DNA of 64,000 nucleotides. Source: Schmidtea polychroa (Eukaryota). Numbering within the stretch: the first letter of the stretch is position 1; each line of letters opens with the position of its first letter. Both the position numbers and the translations under genes were made by a program. Location of the stretch: contig CM097885.1 in assembly GCA_044892525.1 (NCBI GenBank), positions 31,560,001-31,624,000 on the forward strand, written 5' to 3'. Below are positions 26,901 through 37,140 of this stretch, piece after piece. A model generated the notes under the pieces. The model was not told the origin of the DNA and did no database searches. It saw nothing but the letters and a program-made list of their open reading frames with translations.

Positions 26901-27193
26901 CATAGTTTCATTGGACAGTCGGAAATGGGGTCAAAATTTAACTCGTCAAGATAATTTTCATAGGAACTAACACGGTTCCTATGACTATGTATAATATTAC
27001 GTTTTAAAAGTGCTAAAATACTATATATAAAGCACATATCATCGGTGTTTTTAACATTTACTATTGCATTTTTAGATTTTAAAGATGATGGGGTGGGGAT
27101 ATAACTATGTCCAGCTAGCCTATTCATATGTGTAAATTTTGTTAATATAAAATCTATTTCTTTGATTTTAACAACCCGCCATCCACCACCCAA
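23912..27193 (-). CDS. pPolB: Protein-primed family B DNA polymerase
   Basis: Exo I YADFES; endonuclease-VII-like DHCHFSGKYLGAACRKCN; FHNLRGYD; KGIFPY; YIDINNLYG; KLFNNSLYGK; GDTDS; KAKGV. Confidence 0.95.
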   Translation of the reverse strand: MGGGWRVVKIKEIDFILTKFTHMNRLAGHSYIPTPSSLKSKNAIVNVKNTDDMCFIYSILALLKRNIIHSHRNRVSSYENYLDELNFDPISDCPMKLCDIPKFEMKNKDLNLAINVLTYRTTPAKPFENIVDDNYIPHHPQLDIIHRSKVIGGEPLYLLLLEDGDNFHYTAVFNLQRLMNCHSSSECVVRIKVNWCPHCLNGFRHENAFDIHVALCSKNQIGITLYTLPNDKNLIFQNYAKTITPPFVIYADFESILPGDIIHHQKHLPITAGLLLINNYNNSKFYYEFVGDACILSFLRKVEEIAMTIVLPYYEINGKKPMQTLSFAEERAFRDSRTCYLCKKFIRNRVRDHCHFSGKYLGAACRKCNVSRRIQKQLPVVFHNLRGYDLHHILKYGLNNFPSWELNIIPTTTEKFISFIAYINKLSVRFIDSMQFVNSSLAKAVKTLSDLPLTSSVFDGAIVRSKGIFPYDFATSLEVLESTLELPPIWDSVSNDEYALAQVIWTQQNCNNMLDYMLTYLKLDVFLLADYFQQFREKAIAYNGLEPLNFYGIPGMSWASALMTLTEPIELLQDMEMFNFYEGGIRGGLTFVNKHYVASSEDTELLYIDINNLYGWALSQNLPYADFVWVYDDLDSVLNECVNADIDNLPYGNTMEVDIDIPDCLHDFLNDFPLAPEKMCPPNSKVEKLMLTHWPKKNHVLHWRLLKLYIELGAIIKNVHRAIKFKHAPIFKSYIDKNTNLRANSTCELHRDLYKLFNNSLYGKSVENLKKRMNLRLCNSAEKMIVYASKPTFKKSIKIDDDLIAAHLNKDSICLDRPSYIGQTVLDLSKLRMYQLLYIELAKYRNEFKCEINIVAGDTDSFFLEVRHCKLDTLLPAMIRNNLLDTSNYDPAHPLYSRNLDSVIGKFKDESKGLGYKEWVFLRPKCYSLLGAKDHLKAKGVRLIGTEIKHDSYLECYNNNVVFSVPQSRIGTRNHQLYTFKNNKIALSNNDDKRFWVGKNSSLAFGHYLALDDINDDQIFEEVGALFGGLSPDFVSGDEEVGPLFNGLSPDFDSGDDPNDEIDIDDVQLSDEIDIDDVQLSDEIDIDDVQLSD

Positions 27194-27214
27194 ATATGTG
27201 AATTTTTCTATTTA

Positions 27215-27690
27215 TTATTTAATTTGTGAACTTAGAAAACTATCTGAAAAAGCCTCTGCCCTATTCGAGAAGAAATTATCTTTAATTTCACCATCTTTTT
27301 CAAATTGAATCAATACGGAGAATTGTATTTTCACCGACCCCATTCTGTTTATTTCATGATTTAACTTATTAACGATTTTATCGGTTATGGTTATTTGAAT
27401 GATGTTATCCTTCTCTACATTAAATCTTAGATTCTTTCGAACCCCCTTAAAATCAATTTCGATTTCAGGTTCATCGTCAATATCGACTGAACCGCCTACT
27501 TGAATATAATTAACCACATCATTGTCAGTTATTTGATCTAATTTATTAATTTTAGAGGGAGCATCAGACCCAATACTAACAGCAGGTCTTTTTAAATTAT
27601 TATTTACATTAATAACATTATTAATTATAGGTTTTGTAATATTATTTACAGGTTTTGTATTATTTACATTAGTTTTAATTACATGTTTTG
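27215..27690 (-). pseudogene. N-terminal (terminal-protein region) segment of pPolB, cut off by two in-frame TAA stops
   Basis: Same frame as 23912-27193, separated by TAA TAA at 27212-27217. The ORF-track start (27835) lies inside the retrozyme insert. Confidence 0.7.
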
Positions 27691-27699
27691 TAAAAAAAA

Positions 27700-28136
27700 A
27701 AACTAGTCTACTATTGGGATTTGCACTGGGTATCACAAAGCTTGTACTGTTTATTTTATTCAAGTGAGACATCCGACAAAAATATTTTACACCATTACTT
27801 TGAAAGTCAAAAATGCTAAAGGTAATCGGATGCACTTGTAAACAGTTTCTGTGTATCGACTAATTTTTTAGTCCGCAGAGGTGATTATGATTTTTCATAC
27901 GCCATGTTTACAAGTTTACAGATTTTTTCTGTGACCAAGCTATTTTGCAAGCGATGTGATTTCCAGTGTACCGGGGAAAGTATGCAATAGAGTTGAATCA
28001 ACAATATTGTATACTTACCTGGCGCGAAGAGAAATCTTCGTGTCTCCCGCATAGTACTGATGAGAGCCAAAAGCTCGAAACTAGTCTACTATTGGGATTT
28101 GCACTGGGTATCACAAAGCTTGTACTGTTTATTTTA
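27700..28136 (+). mobile_element. Retrozyme-like non-autonomous retroelement (378-bp monomer plus 59-bp terminal direct repeat)
   Basis: 27700-27758 is repeated at 28078-28136. Contains a hammerhead. A homologue lies at 50389-50833. Followed by a TAA-rich tail. Confidence 0.85.
28045..28097 (+). ncRNA. Minimal type I hammerhead ribozyme
   Basis: Stem I UCCC..AUAGUA / UACUAU.GGGA; CUGAUGA 28057-28063; stem II GAGC-caaaa-GCUC; GAAA; palindromic minimal stem III AC-UA-GU; GUC cleavage triplet 28084-28086. Confidence 0.92.
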
Positions 28137-28206
28137 ATAATAAAATAATAATGATAATAATAATAGTAATAATAATAATAACAACAAAGGATACAAAATA
28201 CATTTA

Positions 28207-28590
28207 TTAAACATCAAATTTTTTATACAACAACCAAGCTAAACAATGTTGACTGCATGTTTGTGTCAAGGGATTTTGAAACATTGTTTTATTATATACA
28301 ATAGGTTTCCCCATTGTTTGTAGTTTTAATACCAACAAAGCTGGGTAATAGAAACCCATTGGATCGAACACGAATATATTACTAGGTTTCATATATATAG
28401 CAATCCAATGTTCTCCACCAAGATGAGACGATTGAGTATTGACGATTATGGCTTGATTATTGCTCAAATATGGGATTTTATCAAGAGGAAAAACTCCTAC
28501 AAATTCATTTCCCAATATCTGTTTTCCAATTCTATTGACCTGAACAGAACTACTTAAATAAATTAAACAGTATTGAAAAACTTGCTCCAT
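28207..28590 (-). CDS. Adenain-like cysteine maturation protease
   Basis: FVGVFPLD, IVNT...GEHWIAI, FDPMG, QNPLTQTCSQHC (His/Asp/Gln-Cys catalytic residues). Confidence 0.9.
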   Translation of the reverse strand: MEQVFQYCLIYLSSSVQVNRIGKQILGNEFVGVFPLDKIPYLSNNQAIIVNTQSSHLGGEHWIAIYMKPSNIFVFDPMGFYYPALLVLKLQTMGKPIVYNKTMFQNPLTQTCSQHCLAWLLYKKFDV

Positions 28591-28617
28591 GACAACTTTT
28601 TATATTTCTGTATACAT

Positions 28618-29841
28618 TTATACTAGCACGGTTCTATTTGCAGTAATTTGAACTTCATTTTCAAATACTCCATATATTATAACATGTACTGGTTCAGTGA
28701 TAGCTTTTGCAAACTTTATATCCAGTCGTAAATTTCCGTTTTGTGGTAATTGACTCTGATTTAAATCAAAATCGGGAGCTAAAACAAATGTGAAAAATGG
28801 ATATTTGCTTTTAAATTCTTCAAGAGTTATTCCGCAATTCAAGTTTTTATCTAAATAACCAAGATTTCTAACAATACTCTGCATATATGTCGCACAGTAA
28901 TTGTCATTCTCGAAATCTTGAGTATATGTTTCTCTATAATCAGTATTTTTCGACAAAGTCAATGAAGTAACACCAAAATTTTTGAAAATTGAGCTGGAAG
29001 CAGTATACGATCCATTATATTGCGTTTCACTTTGAAATGTTACCAAAATAAAATTAGGCATTCTTCTGTCACCAAATATTTGTTCTTTATAGAATGATGA
29101 AGCACCTTTAGCAATAGCAAATTGTACAATTTCCTTTGTTTTTAAAGGATAAATTGCATGTTTTGAATTAAGACCCAATTGATGACCAGCTAATACTGAC
29201 GGGTCTACTCGAACTCTTCTCACCAATAATTTTGCATCAGCTAATTGACATATTGGTGCACCAGTTGCACTAGTAAGAGACAATGCAGAATCGGACCTTT
29301 TCAATCTAATATGTACATTAACTCCCGGTAGTAAATATTTCGGTTGATCCATAAAATCAAGTTGTAATGATGAGCACATAGTGAATACTTTTGAACCTTT
29401 AACCCACTTTTTTCTTTCATCATCTGCTGCTGCATAACCCATAGGTGTAAGACAGGTATTTTTAGTATCTGAATTGTAATTTAAAATAGTTTCTATCAAA
29501 GCCTTGTGAATGAATGTATTATTTCCGCCCTCAATCTTGATATTATTAAATCCCAACACTGCATCTTCAAACAGAGTATGAAACATGAAATTGTTTGGTA
29601 ATACATCCGCATTGGCATCCAAAACCTTTCTATCTTTATCTACAACCTTGATCTGAACAGTCAATAAAGTATCGTTCAAATCTAAATATTCAGTTTGCGA
29701 ACCATTAATATAAAACTCGATATCATTTCTACTATCAGTAATTGAATTCATAGGAAAAACTTCCTCAAAGGCACCAAATTCTATTACAGCCTGGGGCGAT
29801 GGTCTATCAAATATACATAATTCGGATTTACCACAAATCAT
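28618..29841 (-). CDS. Polinton major capsid protein (double jelly-roll)
   Basis: KSELCIF, IEFYINGSQTEYLDLNDTLL, IETILNY, QPKYLLPGVNVHIRLKR, GNLRLDIKF motifs; position between the core-protein gene and the protease. Confidence 0.9.
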   Translation of the reverse strand: MICGKSELCIFDRPSPQAVIEFGAFEEVFPMNSITDSRNDIEFYINGSQTEYLDLNDTLLTVQIKVVDKDRKVLDANADVLPNNFMFHTLFEDAVLGFNNIKIEGGNNTFIHKALIETILNYNSDTKNTCLTPMGYAAADDERKKWVKGSKVFTMCSSLQLDFMDQPKYLLPGVNVHIRLKRSDSALSLTSATGAPICQLADAKLLVRRVRVDPSVLAGHQLGLNSKHAIYPLKTKEIVQFAIAKGASSFYKEQIFGDRRMPNFILVTFQSETQYNGSYTASSSIFKNFGVTSLTLSKNTDYRETYTQDFENDNYCATYMQSIVRNLGYLDKNLNCGITLEEFKSKYPFFTFVLAPDFDLNQSQLPQNGNLRLDIKFAKAITEPVHVIIYGVFENEVQITANRTVLV

Positions 29842-30017
29842 TTTGCAAATATAGTTCCATGCAGGCCCGACGCTAGAGTATTTGGCGCCCTAGGCAAACT
29901 AAAAAAATGGCGCCTCTAGTCTAGAAACAAACCCAATAATTAAAGAAGTAAATGAAAATAAAATAACTATACTTCATTTATTTATTACACAAAAATATAT
30001 ATAAAAACAAAAACCAT

Positions 30018-32639
30018 TTAAAATTTAATTTTTCGTGCTTTTAGTTTAGCGAAATCTTCAAGCAGCAACTTCGTATCTATATCACGCGCCATTTCGTGTT
30101 CAATCGACAATATTGCTAATCCCACAAGCCGTTCTTGTGACATTGTAGATCTTATATATGTTTTGATCTGTTTAAGCTTCGAAAAGCTTCGTTCACCGCT
30201 TGCCACAGAAACTGGTAGGGTTAATAAAATTCGCAAAGCAACAAATATATTTGGAACGCTGTCCACTATATTATTTTTACAAATATAATTAAGTACATCT
30301 TCCGGCAATAAGTTTTTTGGAATATGTCTAGCTATAAATATCAATTCGTTCAATAAATCTGTACCATCAATATCTTTAGAATCATCGTGCCGTAAAAAAT
30401 TTTCCAGTTTAAGACAATCCTCTAATATTTTCTTTGACGAAATATATTGCAAATTATGTATGTTGTATAGAAATCCAAATGTTGAATTTATCGTTGACAT
30501 TTGGGTGAATCTTTGCTCAACAGATTTTAAAGCTCTATCCAAAACTGCGAAGTAAAAGCTGATCTTAAATTTTTCTTTTGGGTTCTGAATGGGCTCATCG
30601 TTGGCTTCATATTCGAACTGTTTTTTTTGTTTTCTGATACGCTGAGTTTGTTTAAAGATTGGGGAAATTTCTGATTCTTCAGCAAGTTCTCGCGCATCTA
30701 CCAATATTCTTTCAAAACCTTCATCATTTCGGGAGTTGAATAGAAATTTTTTGGTATCTTCTAGTAGCTTCATAGCATCTTGAATATTAATTTTCTCAGA
30801 TTGAAGTTGTTTGCTTGTAATATTTATGTTGAAAAGAATATCATACCAGATAATAACAGAAACTACAAACTCGAAATTCGAAATAGCTTTAGCAAGGCCC
30901 TGTGCTTCTATACGTGAAGTATTACCAGAAACTCCTGTTTGAGAAGTATCTTGAAAAATATCAATAAGTGCAGCAATAACTTTACTTAGCTGATAGCGTA
31001 GAGGTTTAAGGGCATCGATTCGGCTCTCCCATCTTGTATCGCTCAATGGCTTCACTGTCAAGTTTGAAGCATGACGTTTTAAAACTTCCCATCGACGTGT
31101 TGAAGCGGCAAAATAGACATATATTCGTTGCACTAACATAAAAAATGATGTAGCATCTAAACAACAGCTTACAGCGTCATTAACAACCAGATTCAAAGAA
31201 TGCGCAGAACAAGGAACAAATAGTGCTCGTGGATTTAGATTCAGAATTCGCCGTTGCACGCCATCTTCTTTGCCTTTCATATTGCTACCATTATCGTATC
31301 CTTGGCCACGCAAGTTCTCAATAGGTAATGACATATCTGCTAACATCTGAACGATTTCATCGGTCATACCAGCACCAGTTGTATCTGTTAGTTTCACAAA
31401 TCCCAAAAAATGTTCTCTTATGCATATGGGATCTAAATCACAATTTTCTGTATTTGTATGGACAAAACGAATAATCAACGTCATTTGTTCAGTATGGCTA
31501 ACGTCTGGTGTGCAATCCAGGATTATTGAAAAATATTTAGCCATGGAAATCGATTTTAAAATTTTTGTTTTAATACTCTTAGATAAAAGTTGTATTAACT
31601 CATTCTGAATATCTTTTCCCAAATAATGAACTTGTGTTTCATTGTTCTTTATTCTGCGAAGATGCTCACCCATAATTGGATCAAAAGAGGCCAAATATTC
31701 TACAAAGCTAAGGAAGTTTCCATTTCCAGGAGAATACAATTTTTCATTGCTTCCGCGAAATGCAATATTTTGCGTAGCAAGCACTTTAACTAGACCTCTC
31801 TCTTCTTGTTTTATGAGACGCAAATTATCCTGGTCAATAGTTTTATTCTTTTTTAAACGCAATTCTAGCTCCTTCCAAGTTTGAAAATTAATTAAATGAT
31901 CCTTATTTTTCTCATGTCTTTCTAAAATTACAGACATATTTTTCCAATCGCTTGATCCTTTATCGGAGAGATGTATTACACGCTGGTTATTATTAAAAAT
32001 TTTGCAACAAAAGCAGAATGCCGAATTAGTTGTTTTGGAATACTGTAGCCAATGACGCCGCATTTCTTCTCCATTTGCAAGTCTCCTTCTATAAAAATTC
32101 ATTGAAAATTTTCTATGGCTCTCATTTTGAGGAAAATCAAATTCTTCAATTTGTTCTGGTCCGTGTTCAACCAAAATTTGCCTCAAACGGCCAGAACGTA
32201 AGTCATGTGAATTTAACCAAGTTGCCGGATCACTATAATCAAGACTCGAATTTACGCTTTCTAATATTTCCAAAGTTTCATTAATTAAAATTTCTTCAGT
32301 GTCTTCTATAGTTTCTAATACAATTTCTTCTATAGGTTCTTCAACAGTTTCTTCAATTGTTTCAACTTCAGTTTCTTCTATAGTTTCTTCCACATTCGTA
32401 TGTGGAAACTCAGTCAAAATAGGCACCTCTGCATTTCTAGTTGTAGAGTTCCTATCCATTTGCTCTTCCAAATTGCAGTCTACTTGTTTTCTCGGAGTCA
32501 TTTCATTTCGATTTTTATCTTGTGATTGTTGACGACAAATATATTTCAGAAAAGCACCTTCTTGCTTTTTTTCTTCATTTTTCTTTTCAGCTTTACGTTT
32601 TCTATTTTGTGCGCCAGATAATTTTTTTCTATCTGCCAT
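30018..32639 (-). CDS. hAT (ZMYM1-like) transposase, open reading frame
   Basis: TTF zinc finger WLQYS...AFCFCC; ILDCTPD; GQGYDN; CSAH; TRWESR; LTLPVSVASGERSFSKL. Confidence 0.93.
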   Translation of the reverse strand: MADRKKLSGAQNRKRKAEKKNEEKKQEGAFLKYICRQQSQDKNRNEMTPRKQVDCNLEEQMDRNSTTRNAEVPILTEFPHTNVEETIEETEVETIEETVEEPIEEIVLETIEDTEEILINETLEILESVNSSLDYSDPATWLNSHDLRSGRLRQILVEHGPEQIEEFDFPQNESHRKFSMNFYRRRLANGEEMRRHWLQYSKTTNSAFCFCCKIFNNNQRVIHLSDKGSSDWKNMSVILERHEKNKDHLINFQTWKELELRLKKNKTIDQDNLRLIKQEERGLVKVLATQNIAFRGSNEKLYSPGNGNFLSFVEYLASFDPIMGEHLRRIKNNETQVHYLGKDIQNELIQLLSKSIKTKILKSISMAKYFSIILDCTPDVSHTEQMTLIIRFVHTNTENCDLDPICIREHFLGFVKLTDTTGAGMTDEIVQMLADMSLPIENLRGQGYDNGSNMKGKEDGVQRRILNLNPRALFVPCSAHSLNLVVNDAVSCCLDATSFFMLVQRIYVYFAASTRRWEVLKRHASNLTVKPLSDTRWESRIDALKPLRYQLSKVIAALIDIFQDTSQTGVSGNTSRIEAQGLAKAISNFEFVVSVIIWYDILFNINITSKQLQSEKINIQDAMKLLEDTKKFLFNSRNDEGFERILVDARELAEESEISPIFKQTQRIRKQKKQFEYEANDEPIQNPKEKFKISFYFAVLDRALKSVEQRFTQMSTINSTFGFLYNIHNLQYISSKKILEDCLKLENFLRHDDSKDIDGTDLLNELIFIARHIPKNLLPEDVLNYICKNNIVDSVPNIFVALRILLTLPVSVASGERSFSKLKQIKTYIRSTMSQERLVGLAILSIEHEMARDIDTKLLLEDFAKLKARKIKF

Positions 32640-33114
32640 TATGCTACCTCAAGTAAAAATTAATAGAATATAATAGATTTAATAATAGGTGTAGAAAAAT
32701 CCAATATAAATTAAATTACTGTGTTGTATATATGTAAAAATTATACTGGAAGTACGACCGAAATTATATATACTTTAAATAAAAAAAATTTGAGCCCTGC
32801 ACTAATTAAATTTTATTTTTTTTTTCACTTTCTGTTTATTTATTTTTTAACTTTTTTAACATTTACTTTAGTCTTTTAAAACTTTACTGCATGTGACTTT
32901 ATTCTTTTAAAATAAAACTAAAAATTATTGCGTAATTTAAAAAAATTTCAGAGCATGCTATATGCTAAATTTTTTTTAAAACCGCTTTTCAGTTAACTTT
33001 TTTGAACTTGCAAAATATTTTTTTAAATCGATTTTCCGTTGTATTTTTTTAAATTTTAAAAGAAATAAGTAATCGGTATCGGACTAAAACAACGATGGAA
33101 TTACATGTTTTACG

Positions 33115-33262
<148 letters not shown>

Positions 33263-33412
33263 AATTCATACATATGTATATATCAATATAAAGATAGAAA
33301 GTTTATAAAATATTTAATTTACTTGATAAAAAAAGCAGAACTATTTGGCGCCCGCTTGTAAATCGGCGCCCTAGGCTGCTGCCGACGTCGCCTATGCCTA
33401 AAACCGGGCCTG

Positions 33413-33759
33413 GTTCCATGTCCTTTCATTCGTTTGTTTATACGCGATATTCTATGTCCTTTACGTTTTGGAGCTGGGGCTGGAGGTGTATCTTTTTGAA
33501 ACATACCAGCAACTCCAGGTAGAACCTTCCCTAACTCAGCTAAAGCATTTGTTTTTAGGGATGGTAATATTTTCTGTTCATTCATAATCACATCTTTAGC
33601 AGTTTTCATGCCAAAACTACCAATACGTTTAAGAATAGGAAGTGCAAATCTCCCTATTGTTTTTAACCAACCTGACCTGTACTGTTTACCAATAAAATAT
33701 GGTAATTCACCACCAGATTGGCTATCACTATACGTACTAATAATATCGGAATTAGCCAT
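33413..33759 (-). CDS. Polinton small basic core-like protein; native C-terminus displaced by the hAT insertion
   Basis: QSGG motif, amphipathic WLKTIGRFALPILKRIG, basic tail. Removing the hAT restores ...MKGHGTIFAK* with TGA overlapping the capsid ATG at 29838-29841. Confidence 0.75.
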
Positions 33760-34768
33760 CTACTTTACGAGAATGTAGTGTCAAATGAGTTTTTGAGTCT
33801 TTTGGAAAGTTTATAAGTTTTCCACTATCGTCACGAATATTTTTTTCTATATTGTTTATACATGAGCTTGAAATTGGTAAATACATAGGATTATCTATAT
33901 TTATATTGACAACTTCATCATGTTCGTATTTTCCAATCCATACCGATTTCAATAGAGGAACACTGGAATCACCAACTATTATAGGCTCAATAATATTAGT
34001 ATATATGAACATTTGTTGATGATGTTCAAGTATTCTCGGTTTACGTATACCTGCCGATTTTTCCCGATATTGCTGCTTCTCTAATCCAAGTGTATTTGTC
34101 AAATTTTTATCAAATGTAACTTCGCAAATGTCATCATTCAAACTGAAGGTAAATAACAATTCTTTCACAATGTCCAAACTTTTAAATATGTGTGAACAAT
34201 TATACTTTAAATATTTAAGTAACACATCAAGTTTATCAATATATAATTCGTCAGCGAAGGTGAATGATTCTTCAACTTCATTATTATACGACACTGAAAT
34301 TTTGATTTCTTCTCTCATTACACTGTTTGCTTCAAATAGATCAAAGCGTAATAAATATTCTGTTTCCATAACTTCATTTTTCAACTTATTGCAACCCATT
34401 CGTCTGGCATCTTCAATATATTCGAATGTTATTGTAAATGGTTTAAAATCACAACTGATATTTAATCCATCCTTGTAAAACATAGAGCAATGCTGATCTA
34501 ATATTTGATTCGGAATATGATATGTTTTATCATAATTACTGATAATAAAGATACCCCTACATGTTTTCATAACATTCCTTTTGAAATCAATCTTACATTG
34601 ACTATAAAATGGGAATGTATTGTACACGAATGTAAAATCTTGCAGTGCAACTTCCCAGTCACCATTTAAAGAAATCGGATTCTGGAGATTGACCATGAAT
34701 TTACTGGCTTGATTATCTGGATGAATAAGCGGGCAACTATTGCTTGGTAAAATAGTATAAAAATTCAC
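33752..34768 (-). CDS. Polinton minor capsid (penton-like) protein
   Basis: FYTILPSNS...PDNQASKF.VNL..PISLNGDWEVAL; MFIYTNIIEPIIVGDSSVPLL; PMYLPI...IRDDSGKLINF. Likely start overlaps the integrase stop (GTGA). Confidence 0.88.
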   Translation of the reverse strand: MNFYTILPSNSCPLIHPDNQASKFMVNLQNPISLNGDWEVALQDFTFVYNTFPFYSQCKIDFKRNVMKTCRGIFIISNYDKTYHIPNQILDQHCSMFYKDGLNISCDFKPFTITFEYIEDARRMGCNKLKNEVMETEYLLRFDLFEANSVMREEIKISVSYNNEVEESFTFADELYIDKLDVLLKYLKYNCSHIFKSLDIVKELLFTFSLNDDICEVTFDKNLTNTLGLEKQQYREKSAGIRKPRILEHHQQMFIYTNIIEPIIVGDSSVPLLKSVWIGKYEHDEVVNINIDNPMYLPISSSCINNIEKNIRDDSGKLINFPKDSKTHLTLHSRKVDG

Positions 34769-35394
34769 TTTACTAGATCCTTTTCTGATATCCATGATGG
34801 GTTTTGATAACCATGCCATTTGACATAGTATTGTTTATCCTTGGCGACCTTTTTAGTTTTCAATATCTTCTGAATTCTAAATACTTTTGGGGGAGGAATA
34901 ACTTGTAATTCTTGTTCATAAAATTTTCCTTGTACAATATTGTTATCATTGTCTTTGATGACATACATTACAGGATTCTGTTTAGTATTTATTTTTGAAA
35001 TTACAAAGACTTCATCACTCGAATTTGTATCGAAAATTTTAATAAATGGTGATGCACTAATTTTACTAATTCTAACATGGTCACCTACTTTATATTTCGG
35101 TTTTGTAATTTTTTCAGGTTTTTTAGAATAGATTGTTTTTGACGTGATATCAATCGGCCTTAATCCATTCAGTCCTTGATGTGATGAGTGATTATAACTG
35201 GTTATTATTTTTGGTAAAACCAATACCCATTTTTTATTACCTTGATGCACAAATAATTTCTTTAATCTATCTCTCAAAGTTCGGTTAAATCTTTCAACAT
35301 GAGCAGCTTTGTATTGAGAATGTACTGAGTAATGGTTTATTTTCAATTTATTGAGGATTTGCTTGACTTTACTGTTGTAGAATTCTTTACCTAA

Positions 35395-35441
<47 letters not shown>

Positions 35442-35829
35442 CTAAATCAGTTTGCAAGTTTTTAGGATGTCCATCTTTAAATAAATGATTAACAGCTTTG
35501 GACATTTCATCTGCAGATTTTGCCTTGACGGGTATTGCTCGGGCAAACCGACTGAATACATCAATACATGTTAAAATATATTTATACCCATTGTTAATTT
35601 TCGAATAGGGTATCATCTCCATCAAATCCATTTGCCATAAATCATTTATTCCATATGTTTTATATGCTCTTGTTGGGAATCGTTTCTGCATTGGTTTGTT
35701 CAAACTGTAGGCAAGCTGGTCTGATAACCACTTCTGAGTTTCCTTTTTCGAATTCGGAACTCTTTTCCTTAATTTTGCCACTCCACCAAAACCGGCTTCG
35801 TCTTCCGGGTTCATCCAAATCTTCTCCAT
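34765..35829 (-). CDS. Retroviral-like (RVE) integrase with C-terminal chromodomain; predicted 51-nt intron at 35391-35441
   Basis: WQMDL, IDVFSRFA, QTDLG/KEF, AHVERFNRTL (DDE); YYVKWHGY...SWI chromodomain. Confidence 0.93.
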
Positions 35830-35890
35830 TACAACAAGAAGATTTAATATTAAATTTAATGTCTGGTAATGAAGGATTAGCACCCATTGT

Positions 35891-36385
35891 TTATGATCGA
35901 CTTCCTATTATTCCACCTAATAATGATATTGCTAAAGGTATCAATGCACCGATAAATCCCCCTTGTTGTTTATATATAATTTTTCTCATTTGTTGACGAT
36001 TTTTATTATTTACTAATGATAGCAAAGGTTTCCTATGTTTACTCAATAATTGCTTTTTAGATTTACTGATTTTAATCTTGCCTTTGACTACTTTAAGTAT
36101 AATATCGAGTAAATCATCGACAACATAATTTGGAAATGATTGCAAAATACTGTTTCTTTTCATACTTGGTGCCTTTAACAATGTATTGAAAAACGGGAAA
36201 CTCCGATGATTTTTAACAACTTTTACTTTCTTAGTGGTTTTACTTTTAGGTTTAGGTTTAGGATTTTTCGAAATAAGATTCATTACAGGAAAATTTTCTG
36301 TAATAAGTTCTTTAGATGGAGTATAACAAGTTATTGGTGGAACTTTTGGTTGTTTTTTACCCGATATCCTTGTTTTTGAAAACAT
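35891..36385 (-). CDS. Conserved Polinton basic protein with QQGGF motif and hydrophobic C-terminal helix
   Basis: KVVKGKIKIS...LSKHRKPL...QQGGFIGALIPLAISLLGGII; located between ATPase and integrase. Confidence 0.7.
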   Translation of the reverse strand: MFSKTRISGKKQPKVPPITCYTPSKELITENFPVMNLISKNPKPKPKSKTTKKVKVVKNHRSFPFFNTLLKAPSMKRNSILQSFPNYVVDDLLDIILKVVKGKIKISKSKKQLLSKHRKPLLSLVNNKNRQQMRKIIYKQQGGFIGALIPLAISLLGGIIGSRS

Positions 36386-36388
36386 GAT

Positions 36389-37036
36389 TTATATGTTTTC
36401 AACTTTGTTTTGAACTTTGTTTATATACCATGGCACCTTTTGGGTTGAAATATCTGTTTCTACGCGTATATCATCAGGACATTGTTGTGTGAAATCGAGA
36501 AATATATACCCATGCGGTATTTTCGTAGCATCTTGAAATGCATTGATAAGAAAATTACGGTTATTAGGGTATGCTTGTCGTCCAAGAAAATCGATGACAG
36601 TTGCATCTCTAGGATTCTTGAAAATAACTAAATATTGTACATTTAAATTACGTGTTCGATGTGCACCACCTTGATGAAATAGATTTTGTGTTATGAAAAT
36701 AACCGTTACACCAACATGTCTGCTGATTTTTGTGAATAAATTATTAAAGTCCTTTTCTTTATTAGCTTCTTGATACAAATCATCGATAATGATGACATCA
36801 TCTTTCTTCAAACGACTTGACCAGTTTTTATCAAAACCCTTTACTATTTTCATGTTTTTCAACTGACAGAAACTTGATTGCGTCAATCCGTGTTCTTCGT
36901 CGGCGCCCCTATGCCAATAAATATTGTTGAATTTTGTTTTGAACAAATTTGATTTTAGTAATTTACAAACAAATAAAGTTTTCCCGCTACCACTTGGACC
37001 AACGATTTGGTATACTGCATCATTTCGTAATTCCAT
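36389..37036 (-). CDS. A32/FtsK-like genome packaging ATPase
   Basis: Walker A GPSGSGKT, Walker B IIIDD, FTKISRH, FITQNLF, FKNPRD. Confidence 0.93.
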   Translation of the reverse strand: MELRNDAVYQIVGPSGSGKTLFVCKLLKSNLFKTKFNNIYWHRGADEEHGLTQSSFCQLKNMKIVKGFDKNWSSRLKKDDVIIIDDLYQEANKEKDFNNLFTKISRHVGVTVIFITQNLFHQGGAHRTRNLNVQYLVIFKNPRDATVIDFLGRQAYPNNRNFLINAFQDATKIPHGYIFLDFTQQCPDDIRVETDISTQKVPWYINKVQNKVENI

Positions 37037-37140
37037 TTTTTAAATTTAAACTATATAATTATTGTTTATATTGATAATTTTAATGAACTCTGTTTTAAAA
37101 TAACTATATATAACAAAGTTTTTAAAATTATTTCATTAAA

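Noticed and set aside
27700..27835. ORF-track N-terminus of the 206-aa ORF (and MIPSANSN of ORF 50807)
   Set aside because: These residues are antisense translation of the retrozyme inserts, not native Polinton protein.
28011..28175. Bona fide U1 snRNA gene
   Set aside because: Only the first 13-14 nt match. There is no GAUCACGAAG loop I, Sm site or stem IV; a hammerhead follows instead.
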